A stretch of DNA of 64,000 nt from Isurus oxyrinchus. Lineage: Eukaryota. Positions 25,080-36,739 of this stretch are shown piece by piece. Every line of letters begins with the position of its first letter. Within the stretch, counting starts at the first letter, position 1. The stretch covers positions 105,524,001-105,588,000 of the forward strand of contig JANJGN010000013.1 in NCBI GenBank assembly GCA_026770705.1, written 5' to 3'. A program made the position numbers and the translations under genes. The notes under the pieces are model-generated. The model was not told the DNA's origin, searched no databases, and saw only the letters and a program-made list of their open reading frames with translations.

Positions 25080-28065
25080 TCAAGGCGTTGCCCTGAGGAA
25101 TGACTCAGTGAATGGTTGTCACTTATTTTGTTTAGCTGAAACAGATGCAATATACATAAATGTTCTTTCTGTCGGCAAAGAACAAGGCCCAGTGTATTAA
25201 TATATGTAGCTTCCAGTACACGCAACTGCACCACATTGCAAGCCTGACTGACATTCTTACATTGATTGTCAGCATATACCAGAGACAGAGGTACAACAAA
25301 GACCAAATTCAGGATATCGACAACATAGTTTGAAATACAGGTAAGTTAAGAACAGGTAAGGTGTCTATCAAATTTCTCAAAGCGTGTAGTAAATCCAATG
25401 TTGTGCCAGTTTTCATTTCCAAACATATCAATAATACCAAAGTGAGATACAGTCCCACGATTGAGCCAGTATTTATGTGAGATGAAATTGAACAGATTGG
25501 TAATAAGGTTACTAATTTACACCGTGTCCTACACTTGGTCTGAGCTGTACAAATTTATTTCATTTTTTGATTTGATCTGTTTATGCCGCTGTATTGCTTC
25601 AATAGATGACTGCACCATAAACAGTACCCGTTTGAAACATGTTCATACCATAAACTCACTTAGGTGGAAACAGTTTGGCAATGCAATTAATAACACCACT
25701 AAACATGTAACAAATCTCTCCGACCACGTACTCTCAGAAAGCGAGGAGTTTGTTCTTGTGCATGGTTTCAATTTCGGTGTGCCTTCATCCCAAATCAAAC
25801 GGGAAGAGGTATTAGCTGAGTTTGAACTCCTCTGCTCCCAACTATCCCACCACAAACCAGTGTCCACTGAAGATGCTGAATCCTTGAAAGTGTGCCTAGG
25901 TGATGTAGCGCACGCATATTGCAGGATTCCGAACAACCTGTTCAACCTTCACATGCAACGCAAATGTCTTAGGGCGTCATGAGGCCTTAAGACCAACCCG
26001 AACATATACAACAGTAAACCTGACAAATGGAAGGGAATAGTCATCCTTAAAAAGTGTGACCATATGAACAAGATGCATGGCATACTTAATGACAGGTCCA
26101 AATTCATATGCATTGGACCTGCCTCGCAACATGACCAGACAGCCTTTCTTGAAAGTAAGCTTAAAAAACATTTGCTGGACTTGTGTAAGAGCGATGAGCT
26201 GCCATGTGATATATATGACAAGGTTCCTCCTCACGGTTCACTCCATCCACGTTTGTATGGGCTGCTCAAGACACACAAAAGTGATATCCCTCTGCGGCCC
26301 ATCTTTTATCTCTGACGGGCTCTGCACAACCTGAATTGGTTTTGACCAGGTTTTCCACATACACGGTGAAGGACTCCTTCACATTTGCGAAGGTCATACA
26401 GGACTTGCATCTCGATAGCAATGCTGGGTCCATGTGCTCATTTGGCATTGCTAGCTTATTCACCAATGTTCCATTTAAGGAAGCCATGGATACTTGCATT
26501 ACAGCACTATACCATGGCGATCTAGACCCGCCAACATTGCATGAATCAGTATTCATTGAACTTATGAGCTCGGCAACTTACGCAGTGGAGTTTAGTTTTA
26601 ATGACACCATAGGTGGTGTTGCCATGGGATCCCCTCTAGGCCCAGCTCTCGCAAACATCTTTGTTGGGTTCCATGAGAAACGTGTCTTCGATGGAATGAC
26701 ACCTAAGTTCCTACCCCTTGCATATTTCCAATATGCGGATGATACGTTTGCTATATTTAAACCCGCAGCTGCATGTAATAATTTCCTTACATGTCTTAAT
26801 GGGCTCCATCCTACTACAGCCTATCACAAGCCTACTTTCACTTGTCAATATACGTGCTGGGATTCTTAACAGTTCCATGCACTATAAGATTGTCTTATCA
26901 GCAACCTTGTAAATAGGGCCTGAGCCATTTGCTCACCTGAAATAGGGCGCATCAAAGGCATCCTGGCTACCCTGATCAGATCATTTTGCACTGTGTATCA
27001 TGCAAATTCATGAACGGGCCAAAGGCTATCACCCTGAAAAGTGGTCAGGCTACCTCAGGTTACCCTGGAAGGGCAAGGTATCTCAAAAAACTGAGCAACA
27101 GGTGAAACTAGCAATACAGCAATATTTTACATTAATAAAAACAAAATACAGCAGATGCTGGAAAGAGTGCAAGATGAAAAGCTTAGGCATGTCTCTTTAT
27201 TCAGCAATATTCAAGTTGTGTTCTGCCAAACGACTATTTCCGGCATCTGCTGTATTTTGCTTTTATTAATGTGAAGTATTACTGTATTGAAGTTTGCAGG
27301 TACTTTAGTATGAATTAATTTATTACATTCCATTGTATGAGCAATTTAAAATGTAATAATTTATTATATTGAATGGGTACATAAGAATAGTGGTTATGCG
27401 ACTCAGTGAGCAAGCCTAAAGTTTTAGTTCTGCTACGGCAAGTTGTCGAATTCAGTAGACCAGGTGATTGATGAGCTAGCACCAGCAGTAAAATCACAAA
27501 TGTTGCCTTTTAAATACAAAACCTGAACTGATTCACTAACATTCCTGTGCAACTGAATGGTTAACTTAGAAGTATGCTAACTTGTTTGTAATTGTACCTG
27601 TAATTTAACGTACATCTTTGGAATTTTACATGTAATTTAAACTATGTTCCTTATTATTTGGCCTTCTGCTTGTCATTTAAATTGCAACAATTTACTGAAT
27701 TTTACAGATAATTGATAGGCACTAATTTCTTATTTTAAATTGTGGAGGTAATGGAGATAACACTAAGTTATTATTTGTAATAACATATTGGGCATGAACT
27801 GCCTTTAACAAATCTGTGTTGGCTGTCCTTAATTAACCCATATCATCTAGGTATTAATGTAATCTTACATTATGGCCTGTAAAAGCTTATGGATTGATTC
27901 ATTGATTTAATATTTGAAATTGTACAGACAAAGTATACTTATTTACTATTTGAAATGGTACCAGTCATTTAAGTTATGATTGTCTTAACATTGAAGTTAA
28001 CAAGTGAAGTATATTAATTTATTTGTGAGGGAACTAAGACCTCACACTGGATTTTTTAAAATAAA

Positions 28066-28091
28066 ATATATATATATATATATATATATAT
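28066..28091. repeat. (AT)n microsatellite
   Basis: Direct reading. Confidence 0.95.
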
Positions 28092-28159
28092 CCTCATGGC
28101 TATTCCTAAAATTTAAAAAACTGAACAAATACATTTTAAAATGACTGAATCTAGGTCTG

Positions 28160-30245
28160 TCTGTGACCCTTGAACAAAAGGAGGCACCTGCAGTATCAAA
28201 GAAACTTACACCTCATTCACCCTGAAGAGACACTAACAACCCCATGCCTCCCTCCCCCCACCCCATGGGCTGTACAGACCAAATTCAAAGAGAACTATAC
28301 AAAGACCATCTGCATTTCATAGCCCAGGTTGGCCAATCAGAGTCTACTTGTCTACAATGTTATGACATAGTGGGTGATGTGTACCAGGTGGACAAAATCC
28401 ACAAGAGAAACTTGGCCACATTATCGCAACGGTTTTGCAATTTGTATTCATTATGAGAAGATTTGGGCACTGAATTCAGAAGTCATGAGTCCACTATCAC
28501 CTTTAGAGATTTTTAAAACTAATTTAAAATATTTATTAACATAAGAAAAGATTTCAAGCACACACATATGATTACAGTTACTTAATAATATAACAAACCC
28601 CAAAATTCATAATTAAACTGACTCCCAATGACATACCCCCTTTAAGGCAATAATCCAAAATAGATTTTAAATTTAAATAGCTAGCCATCTGATTTACCAT
28701 GGCATCAGTCGACAGTGGAATTCCAAAGGCTTTTCTCCAACTTTAGTTACTGGACACAGCAGACATTTGCAAACATGCTGAACATGCTGCAGACTTCCCC
28801 AAGGCTATTTTACACACTTCTTTTAGTTCTTATATGGCCCCAAACATCACCTTCTTCCTTCCTTATATATGTTTCTCTCTCTTTAATCTGCAAATTCCAT
28901 TGTTCTATACATCTTTGGAAATGTAGTTTTCCCATAATATAAAAATCTTTTCTGTTGCTAATATGGTCAGTACCTTTTGGGAAAATAAACATAATAACCT
29001 CGCCCTATTTATCTTTTTAGATGTAAACCTACCATCCCTTTGAAACACAAACTCCTTCTTCACTTATCTAAAAATGCAAATTTCTTTCACACCCTACATG
29101 CTAAGACCTCATCCATGTTTACTTATTAGCATTTCAAATGCCTTTTACCCCTTTCTTCTTTTGATAATTTCAAACTTGCAGCCTATCTGACTCTAATTTA
29201 AATTAATCACACAGACAGAACCACCTAGCCAAGTGGTTATGGTACTGGGATTGTAATCCCAAGATCAAGAGTTCAAATCTCACAATGGCAAACTATGAAA
29301 CAATGTAGCTTCATCTGAAAAACAGATGGAAATGGGTTTGTACTTGAAAGAGAATCAAGAGTTCAAATCTCACAATGGCAAACTATGAAACAATGTAACT
29401 TCATCTGAAACAGATGGAAACGGGTTTGTACTCGAAAGAGTTACACTCAAACCCATAAAACTATTTTACAATAATATTATGAAACTTATTATAGTTTTGT
29501 GCCAGCTAGGTCAAAGGGGCCCGCAACCTGCCTTTCAATTCTCTTGAGACACTTAATCATCTCAGGGACCGAGACAAGGGATACACATCCCTTGTCAAAG
29601 ACAATATGGAGAAGTGGGAGACATGTGACATGGACCACTAGCTTGTGTAACCAGGAATATTGCCTTGTGATACTACAAACTCAGTCTGCTGTTTACCATC
29701 CTACAAGCAGCCTCACAGGAAACGCGCTCTGCCCTAGCCCCCTAGCCCCATTTATACTGATTCTACATGAACTTCTGAACTGTCATCTACAAGACAGATA
29801 TATCACTGTGTGCCTATCATGTGAAGCTAACATCACTCTGGTTTTCAGCCCACTGACCTCACTGGACATCACAGGAACTCACTGGACTTTGATTCTGGAC
29901 TCTGGACCCATGTGAAACAATAATACTTTTCTCTGTGGTCTCTGCACTGTAAATCTTTCTTTTCTCTCTTCCTCTTTTACCGTACAGATGTAAAGGAGGC
30001 AACATTGTGCCCTTCCTCCCATGTTGAGTGTGTGCAAATAAACTAAACCTTTGAGTTCACCCTATCTTGAGTTTGCTGGGAGGTTATTAATAGAAATTGG
30101 ATCACACCAAAACCGAGGGGTCGGGAAATACGCCACCGTTTATAAAGGGGGAAACTAATCAAAACACCTTTCTGTTTACGGACAGATGGTGAGAGGAGAA
30201 ATTGGTGCAGTTTAAATTAACCCCTCCCCTCCTGTCTGTAACAAT
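28160..30245. mobile_element. Composite of LTR-like non-coding repeats (uncertain)
   Basis: GC-richer block interrupting the AT-rich array, ending ..TGTAACA, with AATAAA at ~30037; no coding remnant seen. Confidence 0.3.
29221..29445 (+). mobile_element. tRNA-like SINE head followed by a ~90-bp tandem duplication
   Basis: TAGCCAAGTGG A box, TGGGA-TTGTAA-TCCCA stem-loop, GAGTTCAAATC B box; units 29264-29353 and 29354-29440. Confidence 0.7.
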
Positions 30246-31285
30246 CTGCAAGTTTACATGTAATTTATTATATATTATACACTTGGAATTGTATAAGTTA
30301 TTCAATTATTGCACAGGTAATTACTAAGTGTTGATGTACTATTTTGAATATGATCATTTCTTGTGCATTAAAATCATATATAATATAATCAAAATGTAAT
30401 GAATTGAATACAAAGTGGATTAATTAATTTGTATTGATTTACATTATTGTCAGGAACATATTTATAGTGTTAGAGTTAATAAAGTGCATTCATTATTTTT
30501 CTTGAATTACAAGCTACAGGTAATTTGAAGGATTTTAATTATTTACAGTGGTGCAGATACCTTGATATACATTGAATTTTAAGAAATTCTGCAGTTAATT
30601 TAAATTGTGTTCATTTATTATTTGGAATGAAATTACTAATTTGAAATGGCCTCACATATTCCAATACATAATTAATTTAATACACTTTAATCATATGGAT
30701 AATTTAAGTACATTCATTTATTTGCAATTTTACATTTAAGTTATATAGTAAAGGAAACTTAATGAGCTATAGTTTCTTATTTATAATTACAGATCATTTA
30801 AAAACTAGCAATTGTATATGCAGTTTAATGTACATTCATTATTTGTAGTTCTACATGTAATTTCAACTCAAATAAAATATTATTGAATTGCAAAAGTAAT
30901 CATTTATCATTGTGAATTGAACAATTGATGTAGATAGGATGTAAATGGAGTACAAGGATGGATGTGTTGGCCAACTAATGGCTAGAATGTGAGGGTAAGC
31001 CATGTGATGAAACCTCCAGGAATACATTTATTCACAGTTGGCAGTTAAGTGGAGTCTGGGGGATCCAGGCACAGTCAAGTAGGTCCTGGTGATGGGGGCA
31101 ATGATAATTGCTGAGGGCAGATGGTGTAGATACCATGGAAGGGGGTTACATTTATACTGGAAGGCCCTTTAATGGGCCAAAGGGTGCCCAAAAAGTAGGC
31201 CTCTTTCCCAGAATCCATTGGGAGGCTGCCGGGGTTTATCTGGCGGTCCCCTCATGTGATAAGGTAAAATGTGAGCAGAGGCAAG

Positions 31286-31430
31286 AACATAACATTCAAG
31301 GCTACGGACCAAGTGCTGGTAAATGGGATTAGGTAGGTAGGTCAGGTGTTTCTCACGTGTCGGTGCAGACTCTCTGGGCCAAAGGACCTCTTCTGCACTA
31401 TGATTCTGTGTGATTCTGTGTGTGTGTGTG
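31286..31430 (+). mobile_element. CR1 3' UTR fragment with (TG)n tail
   Basis: Matches 6538-6660. Confidence 0.85.
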
Positions 31431-33473
31431 AAAAGAGACCCTCAATTGAGGACTTGGATTCTGGGCGGGAGGACTGCCTGCTACCTTTCCTGCCATTAGC
31501 AAAAATGGCATGGCAGCAGAAAGATGTTGGGCCCGCCACCCAACACCATCCCATGCCATTTTGCCAGCCTTGCCATCTCTAACCCCATCCACAAAGGGCT
31601 GTAAAATCCCAGCTGTTAGTTTAAATTCCACCATGGCAGCGAGACGAATGTAAATTGAAATTAATCTGTTTAAAGAACAGGATTCTTTCTCCATGGCAAT
31701 GCCTTGACTAATCAGATCCAAACTGCCTGGTTTAAATTTGAAACAAAAGCTTGATAATTAACTGGTCTCTGCTACATTTCCCATGGCAACGCCTCTACAA
31801 ATCAAAGTCCACTTGCCAACCAATCAGCACTCGCTTCTCATGCAGTTGTTCTCTTTACTGTTGGTATATTCTTGTGAAACAAAAACAGAATTACCTGGAA
31901 AAACTCAGCAGGTCTGGCAGCATCGGCGGAGAAGAAAAGAGTTGATGTTTCGAGTCCTCATGACCCTTCGACAGAACTTGAGTTCAAGTCCAAGAAAGAG
32001 TTGAAATATAAGCTGGTTTAAGGTGTGTGAGGGGGTTGGGGGGGGCGGAGAGAGAGAGAGAAGTGAAGGGGGGTGTGGTTGTAGGGACAAACAAGCAGTG
32101 ATAGAAGCAGATCATCAAAAGATGTCAACAACAATAGAACAAAAGAACACATAGGTGTTAAAGTTGGTGATATTATCTAAACAAATGTGCTAATTAAGAA
32201 TGGATGGTAGGGCACTCAAGGTATAGCTCTAGTGGGGGTGGGGAGAGCATAAAAGATTTTAAGATAATTAAAAATAATGGAAATAGGTGGGAAAAGAAAA
32301 ATCTATATAATTTATTGGAAAAAAAAGGAAGGGGGAAACAGAAAGGGGGTGAGGATGGGGGAGGGAGCTCAAGACCTAAAGTTGTTGAATTCAATATTCA
32401 GTCCGTAAGGCTGTAAAGTGCCTAGTCGGAAGATGAGGTGTTGTTCCTCCAGTTTGCGTTGGGCTTCACTGGAACAATGCAGCAAGCCAAGGACAGACAT
32501 GTGGGCAAGAGAGCAGGGTGGAATGTTAAAATGGCAAGTGACAGGGAGGTTTCGGTCATTCTTGCGGACAGACTGCAGGTGTTCTGCAAAGCGGTCGCCC
32601 AATTTACGTTTGGTCTCTCCAATGTAGAGGAGACCACATTGGGAGCAACGAATGCAGTAGACTAAGTTGGGGGAAATGCAAGTGAAATGCTGCTTCACTT
32701 GAAAGGAGTGTTTGGGCCCTCGGACGGTGAGGAGAGAAGAAGTGAAGGGGCAGGTGTTGCATCTTTTGCGTGGGCATAGGGTGGTGCCATAGGAGGGGGT
32801 TGAGGAGTAGGGGGTGATGGACGAGTGGACCAGGGTGTCCCGGAGGGAGCGATCCCTACGGAATGCCGATGGGGGGATGAAGGGAAGATGTGTTTGGTGG
32901 TGGCATCATGCTGGAGTTGGCGGAAATGGCGGAGGATGATCCTTTGAATGCGGAGGCTGGTGGGGTGATAAGTGAGGACAAGGGGGACCCTATCATGTTT
33001 CTGGGAGGGAGGAGAAGGCATGAGGGCGGATGCGCAGGAGATAGGCCGGACATGGTTGAGGGGCCTGTCAACGACCATGGGTGGAAAACCTCGGTTTAGG
33101 AAGACAGGGCCCTCAACCGTGTCCGGCCTATCTCCCGCGCATCCGCCCTCACGCCTTCTCCTCCCTCCCAGAAACATGATAGGGTCCCCCTTGTCCTCAC
33201 TTATCACCCCACCAGCATCCGCATTCAAAGGATCATCCTCCGCCATTTCCGCCAAATCCAGCATGATGCCACCACCAAACACATCTTCCCTTCACCCCCC
33301 CATCGGCATTCTGTAGGGATCGCTCCCTCCGGGACACCCTGGTCCACTCCTCCATCACCCCCTACTCCTCAACCCCCTCCTATGGCACCACCCCATGCCC
33401 ACGCAAAAGATGCAACACCTGTCCCTTCACTTCCTCTCTCCTCACCGTCCAAGGGCCCAAACACTCCTTTCAA

Positions 33474-33803
33474 GTGAAGCAGCATTTCACTTGCATTTCC
33501 CCCAACTTAGTCTACTGCATTCGTTGTTCCCAATGTGGTCTCCTCTACATTGGAGAGACCAAACGTAAATTGGGCGACCGCTTTGCAGAACACCTGCGGT
33601 CTGTCCGCAAGAATGACCCAAACCTCCCTGTCACTTGCCATTTTAACACTCCACCCTGCTTTCTTGCCCACATGTCTGTCCTTGGCTTGCTGCATTGTTC
33701 CAGTGAAGCCCAACGCAAACTGGAGGAACAGCACCTCATCTTCCGACTAGGCACTTTACAGCCTTCCGGACTGAATATTGAATTCAACAACTTTAGATCG
33801 TGA
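33474..33803 (+). pseudogene. GIY-YIG endonuclease domain of the 5'-truncated Penelope-like ORF (mirror copy 32369-32698, minus strand)
   Basis: VYCIRC..C..LYIGETKR..RF.EH and terminal LNIEF motif; RT core absent. Confidence 0.9.
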
Positions 33804-34187
33804 GCTCCCTCCCCCATCCCCACCCCCTTTCTGTTTCCCCCTTCCTTTTGTTTCCAATAAATTATATAGATTTTTCTTTTCCCACCTATTTCCATTATTT
33901 TTAAATACCTTAAAATCTTTTATGCTCTCCCCACCCCCACTAGAGTTATACCTTGAGTGCCCTACCATCCATTCTTAATTAGCACATTTGTTTAGATAAT
34001 ATCACCAACTTTAACACCTATGTGTTCTTTTGTTCTATTGTTGTTGACATCTTTTGATGATCTGCTTCTATCACTGCTTGTTTGTCCTTACAACCACACC
34101 CCCCCTCCACCTCTCCCTCTCTCTCTCCGCCCCAACCACACACCTTAAACCAGCTTATATTTCAACTCTTTCTTGGACTCGAACTCA

Positions 34188-34226
34188 AGTTCTGTCGAAG
34201 GGTCATGAGGACTCGAAACATCAACT
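34188..34226 (+). ncRNA. Hammerhead-like motif with variant core CUGUCGA (mirror copy 31940-31978, minus strand)
   Basis: AGUU-CUGUCGA-A-GGGUC-AUGAG-GACUC-GAAA-CAUC-AACU. Confidence 0.55.
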
Positions 34227-34340
34227 CTTTTTTTCTCCGCCGATGCTGCCAGACCTGCTGAGTTTTTCCAGGTAATTCTGTTTTTGTTTTGGATTTCCAG
34301 CATCCGCAGTTTTTTTGTTTTTATCTCTATATTCTTGTGA

Positions 34341-34378
34341 GTTGTCCTGATGAGTGCAAGATGAAAAGCTTTGATAAC
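34341..34378 (+). ncRNA. Minimal hammerhead ribozyme motif (family B)
   Basis: GUUGUC-CUGAUGA-GUGCAAGAU-GAAA-AGCUUU-GAUAAC; 6-bp stem I. Confidence 0.75.
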
Positions 34379-34439
34379 ATGTCTCTTTTTTCAGAAATAC
34401 TCAAGCTCTGTCCTACCAAATGAGTATAAATAAATAATA

Positions 34440-35200
34440 AAGCTGGAATTGAAAAAGCTGGTTTCAGTAGAAATGCTCATGGAACTATCAGAATTTGTAA
34501 AAACTGATTCACTGATGCCTTTTAGGGAAGGAAATCTACCATCCTTAACTGGCCTGGCACTTATGTGACTCCACACACATAGCAATGTGGCTGACTCATA
34601 GCTGAAATGACCTAGCAAGCAACTCAGTTGTATCAAACCACTACAGAAAAGTCAAATAAGAACCGGGTGGACAACCCGGTATTGACCTAGGCATTGGAAA
34701 CATCAAAAGCACACCCTGCTCAGTCAATCCTGCAAAGTCATCATCAGTAACATGTAGGGACTTGTGACAAAATTAGGGGACGTGTCCCACAGACTAGCCA
34801 AGCAACAGCCTGACAAACTCACTGAATTATATCTTGTAGCTCACATTCCAAACTCCTTCATCACCATTCCTGGATATGCCCGTCAGACTAGAGATGAGGG
34901 CACAGCTGTATACATTCAGGAGGGAGTGCCTCTGGGAGTCCTCAGTATTGACTCCAGACCTAATGAAGTCTCATGAAATCACCTGGACATGAAAACCTCC
35001 TGCTCCAGCTGGTTACCACCTACAGCCCATCAGCTAATGAATATGTTCCTCCATGTTGAACAGCACATGGACAAAGCACTGTGGATTGCAAGAGCACAGA
35101 ATGCAAACTGGAAGGGAGAGCTTCAATGTCCATCCCCAAGAATAGCTTGATAGCACCAATACTGACCGAGTTGGCCGAGTACTAAAGCCAGACTGGGCCT
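34440..35200 (+). mobile_element. Decayed 5' part (UTR + endonuclease) of the tRNA-headed LINE family
   Basis: Aligns with 45385-46175 (SHRLAKQQPD, ITIPGY, LGVLSIDS). Confidence 0.8.
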
Positions 35201-36739
35201 TGAAGTTTATTTTAAGTTACGTGTTGCAAGACTGTGCTAAATTCCAACCTGATATTATTTAATACCTACCAGTCAATTCCTACTATCACCAAATTCTCAG
35301 TTTCCACTTGGTTTGTGATCCACTCCAATTCCGATTCACTTAGCTCTGTTTCCAGCTTTATCTTTCCTATTTTGACACTGATTCAGGTATAAACCGCTGG
35401 AATGTACAAATAGAATGAAAATTACACAATTCCAGTGACTGAGCTGATTTTACAAGTGCGTCAAAGTTTAATTGTACAATTAATTTCAGGTTGGATGAAA
35501 ACGAGTTTAAAATATTAGTGTGACAGAAATGATCAATATGCAGGAGTCATATTTACAATATAGAGACCCAGAGTTGTCTCTGATTATTGGATGGGGTAAA
35601 GGGAATTTCAGAGGAAATTGGCATTACCTAGAACAATAGTCATAGGCAGATTCCAATGGCCAGCCAAGAAATTGGTTTGTGTCTAACAATTGCGCTGATT
35701 TTGATGCTCTGTATGATCCAATTTCTAGGATAAATTTTTAACTAATCATAGGGTTTAACATTCAGTTGTAAACTTTTTACTCAAAGTATTGTATTGTGGA
35801 TTCAAAATAAATCTGTATGGCAGATTTGAAGTCAGACCTGAACAATCAAGTAGTATTAACCAATCACATAGCCCTCCTTTAGTAAGACATCTAGTTATTG
35901 CTATCATTTAATACCTATCTAACTTTGTGGGATAAGCCCTTCGCATCTAGAGATAGCTCATGGTAAATGCTACCTACATTACCCGAAGGAAGGAAACCTG
36001 TACATATAATACTTTTAGTGTCCTGGGGCTTGCTTTCTTTTTCAGGCCTTGAAATCTCTTAATCTCAACATTGTGGGGGAAAATTGCACAAAATTCTTCT
36101 AATGTTTGTAGTTCAATCTTTTTTTCTTTCCGTGCATTTCATGAAACCTTTTGTACGGATTTTGTCTCTCAGCAGAGAGATCCGTTGGCATCTTTATGTG
36201 GTACCACTGATAGGTTAACAGGTGCAGTGGCTCGGGATGCCAAAAGTGAGTCAGCAACATTTGGTAGCAGTTGCGTACACAGAAGTTTCTACAGGAAGAG
36301 CAGAGTTGGAAGAGAGCAATGGAAGAATTACCTGAGATACCCAAAAATATAACGATCTTCACCTCATATAGGTCTTGACCTAGAATCAGGAACCGTTGAG
36401 GACAAAACTGTAAAATATGTTCTTATGAACTCTAAAGCTCTGGGTTTATAAATTCATTTCTCTTTCAGCATTTGTAGCAAATTCTTTATAACTCAGCTGC
36501 ATTTCTTATGATCCAGGAGTGTATATCTCAGGCTGGGTAGCATAAAGTTATGAATTACCCTAGGATAAAGAATGTTATGTACTATGCAATATTTCTGAAT
36601 CAGTGGAAACATCACACACCAGACTAATCTTGTACCAGCTAAAGCAGCTATTCAAAGCCACTTACAGATACTCAGCAGCAACTTAGGCCTTAGACAGAAT
36701 ACTGAATATGCCAAAGCAACATTTTAAAGATGTTGCATT

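Larger units (their letters stand above)
24861..27235 (+). mobile_element. Penelope-like element, family B (Penelope/Poseidon-type RT), with inverted 3' segment at its 5' end
   Basis: RT motifs PRLYGLLKTHKSDIPLRPI, SLFTNVP, GVAMGSPLGPALANIF, YADDTF, YHKPT (25460-27110); inverted EN end LRVLEATYI plus terminal repeat at 24861-25300; target duplication ATTTCCAGCATCT / ATTTCCGGCATCT (24848-24860, 27236-27248). Confidence 0.9.
31878..34327. mobile_element. Penelope-like (family A, Neptune-like) inverted-repeat insertion: minus arm 31878-33102, plus arm 33103-34327
   Basis: Each arm encodes DRVPLVLTYHP, a Cys-rich linker (CPRKRCNTC) and GIY-YIG NLVYCIRCSQCGLLYIGETKRKLGDRFAEHL; 13-bp target duplication TATATTCTTGTGA (31865-31877, 34328-34340). 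Confidence 0.95.
31690..34426 (+). mobile_element. Family B terminal repeat split into 31690-31877 and 34328-34426 by the family A palindrome
   Basis: Both halves match the reverse complement of 24861-25110 and the tail at 27165-27235. Confidence 0.85.

Noticed and set aside
29394-29445. Possible HDV-like ribozyme
   Set aside because: Could not build the P1/P3/P1.1 nested pseudoknot; kept only as a generic structured module.
32695-33282. 195-aa minus-strand ORF (and 114-aa plus-strand ORF 32972-33316)
   Set aside because: Artefacts of reading across the palindrome centre: antisense of one arm fused to a frame of the other.
35920-36380. Protein-like open frames on both strands
   Set aside because: Frames are interrupted, no consistent splice structure, and no family recognised.
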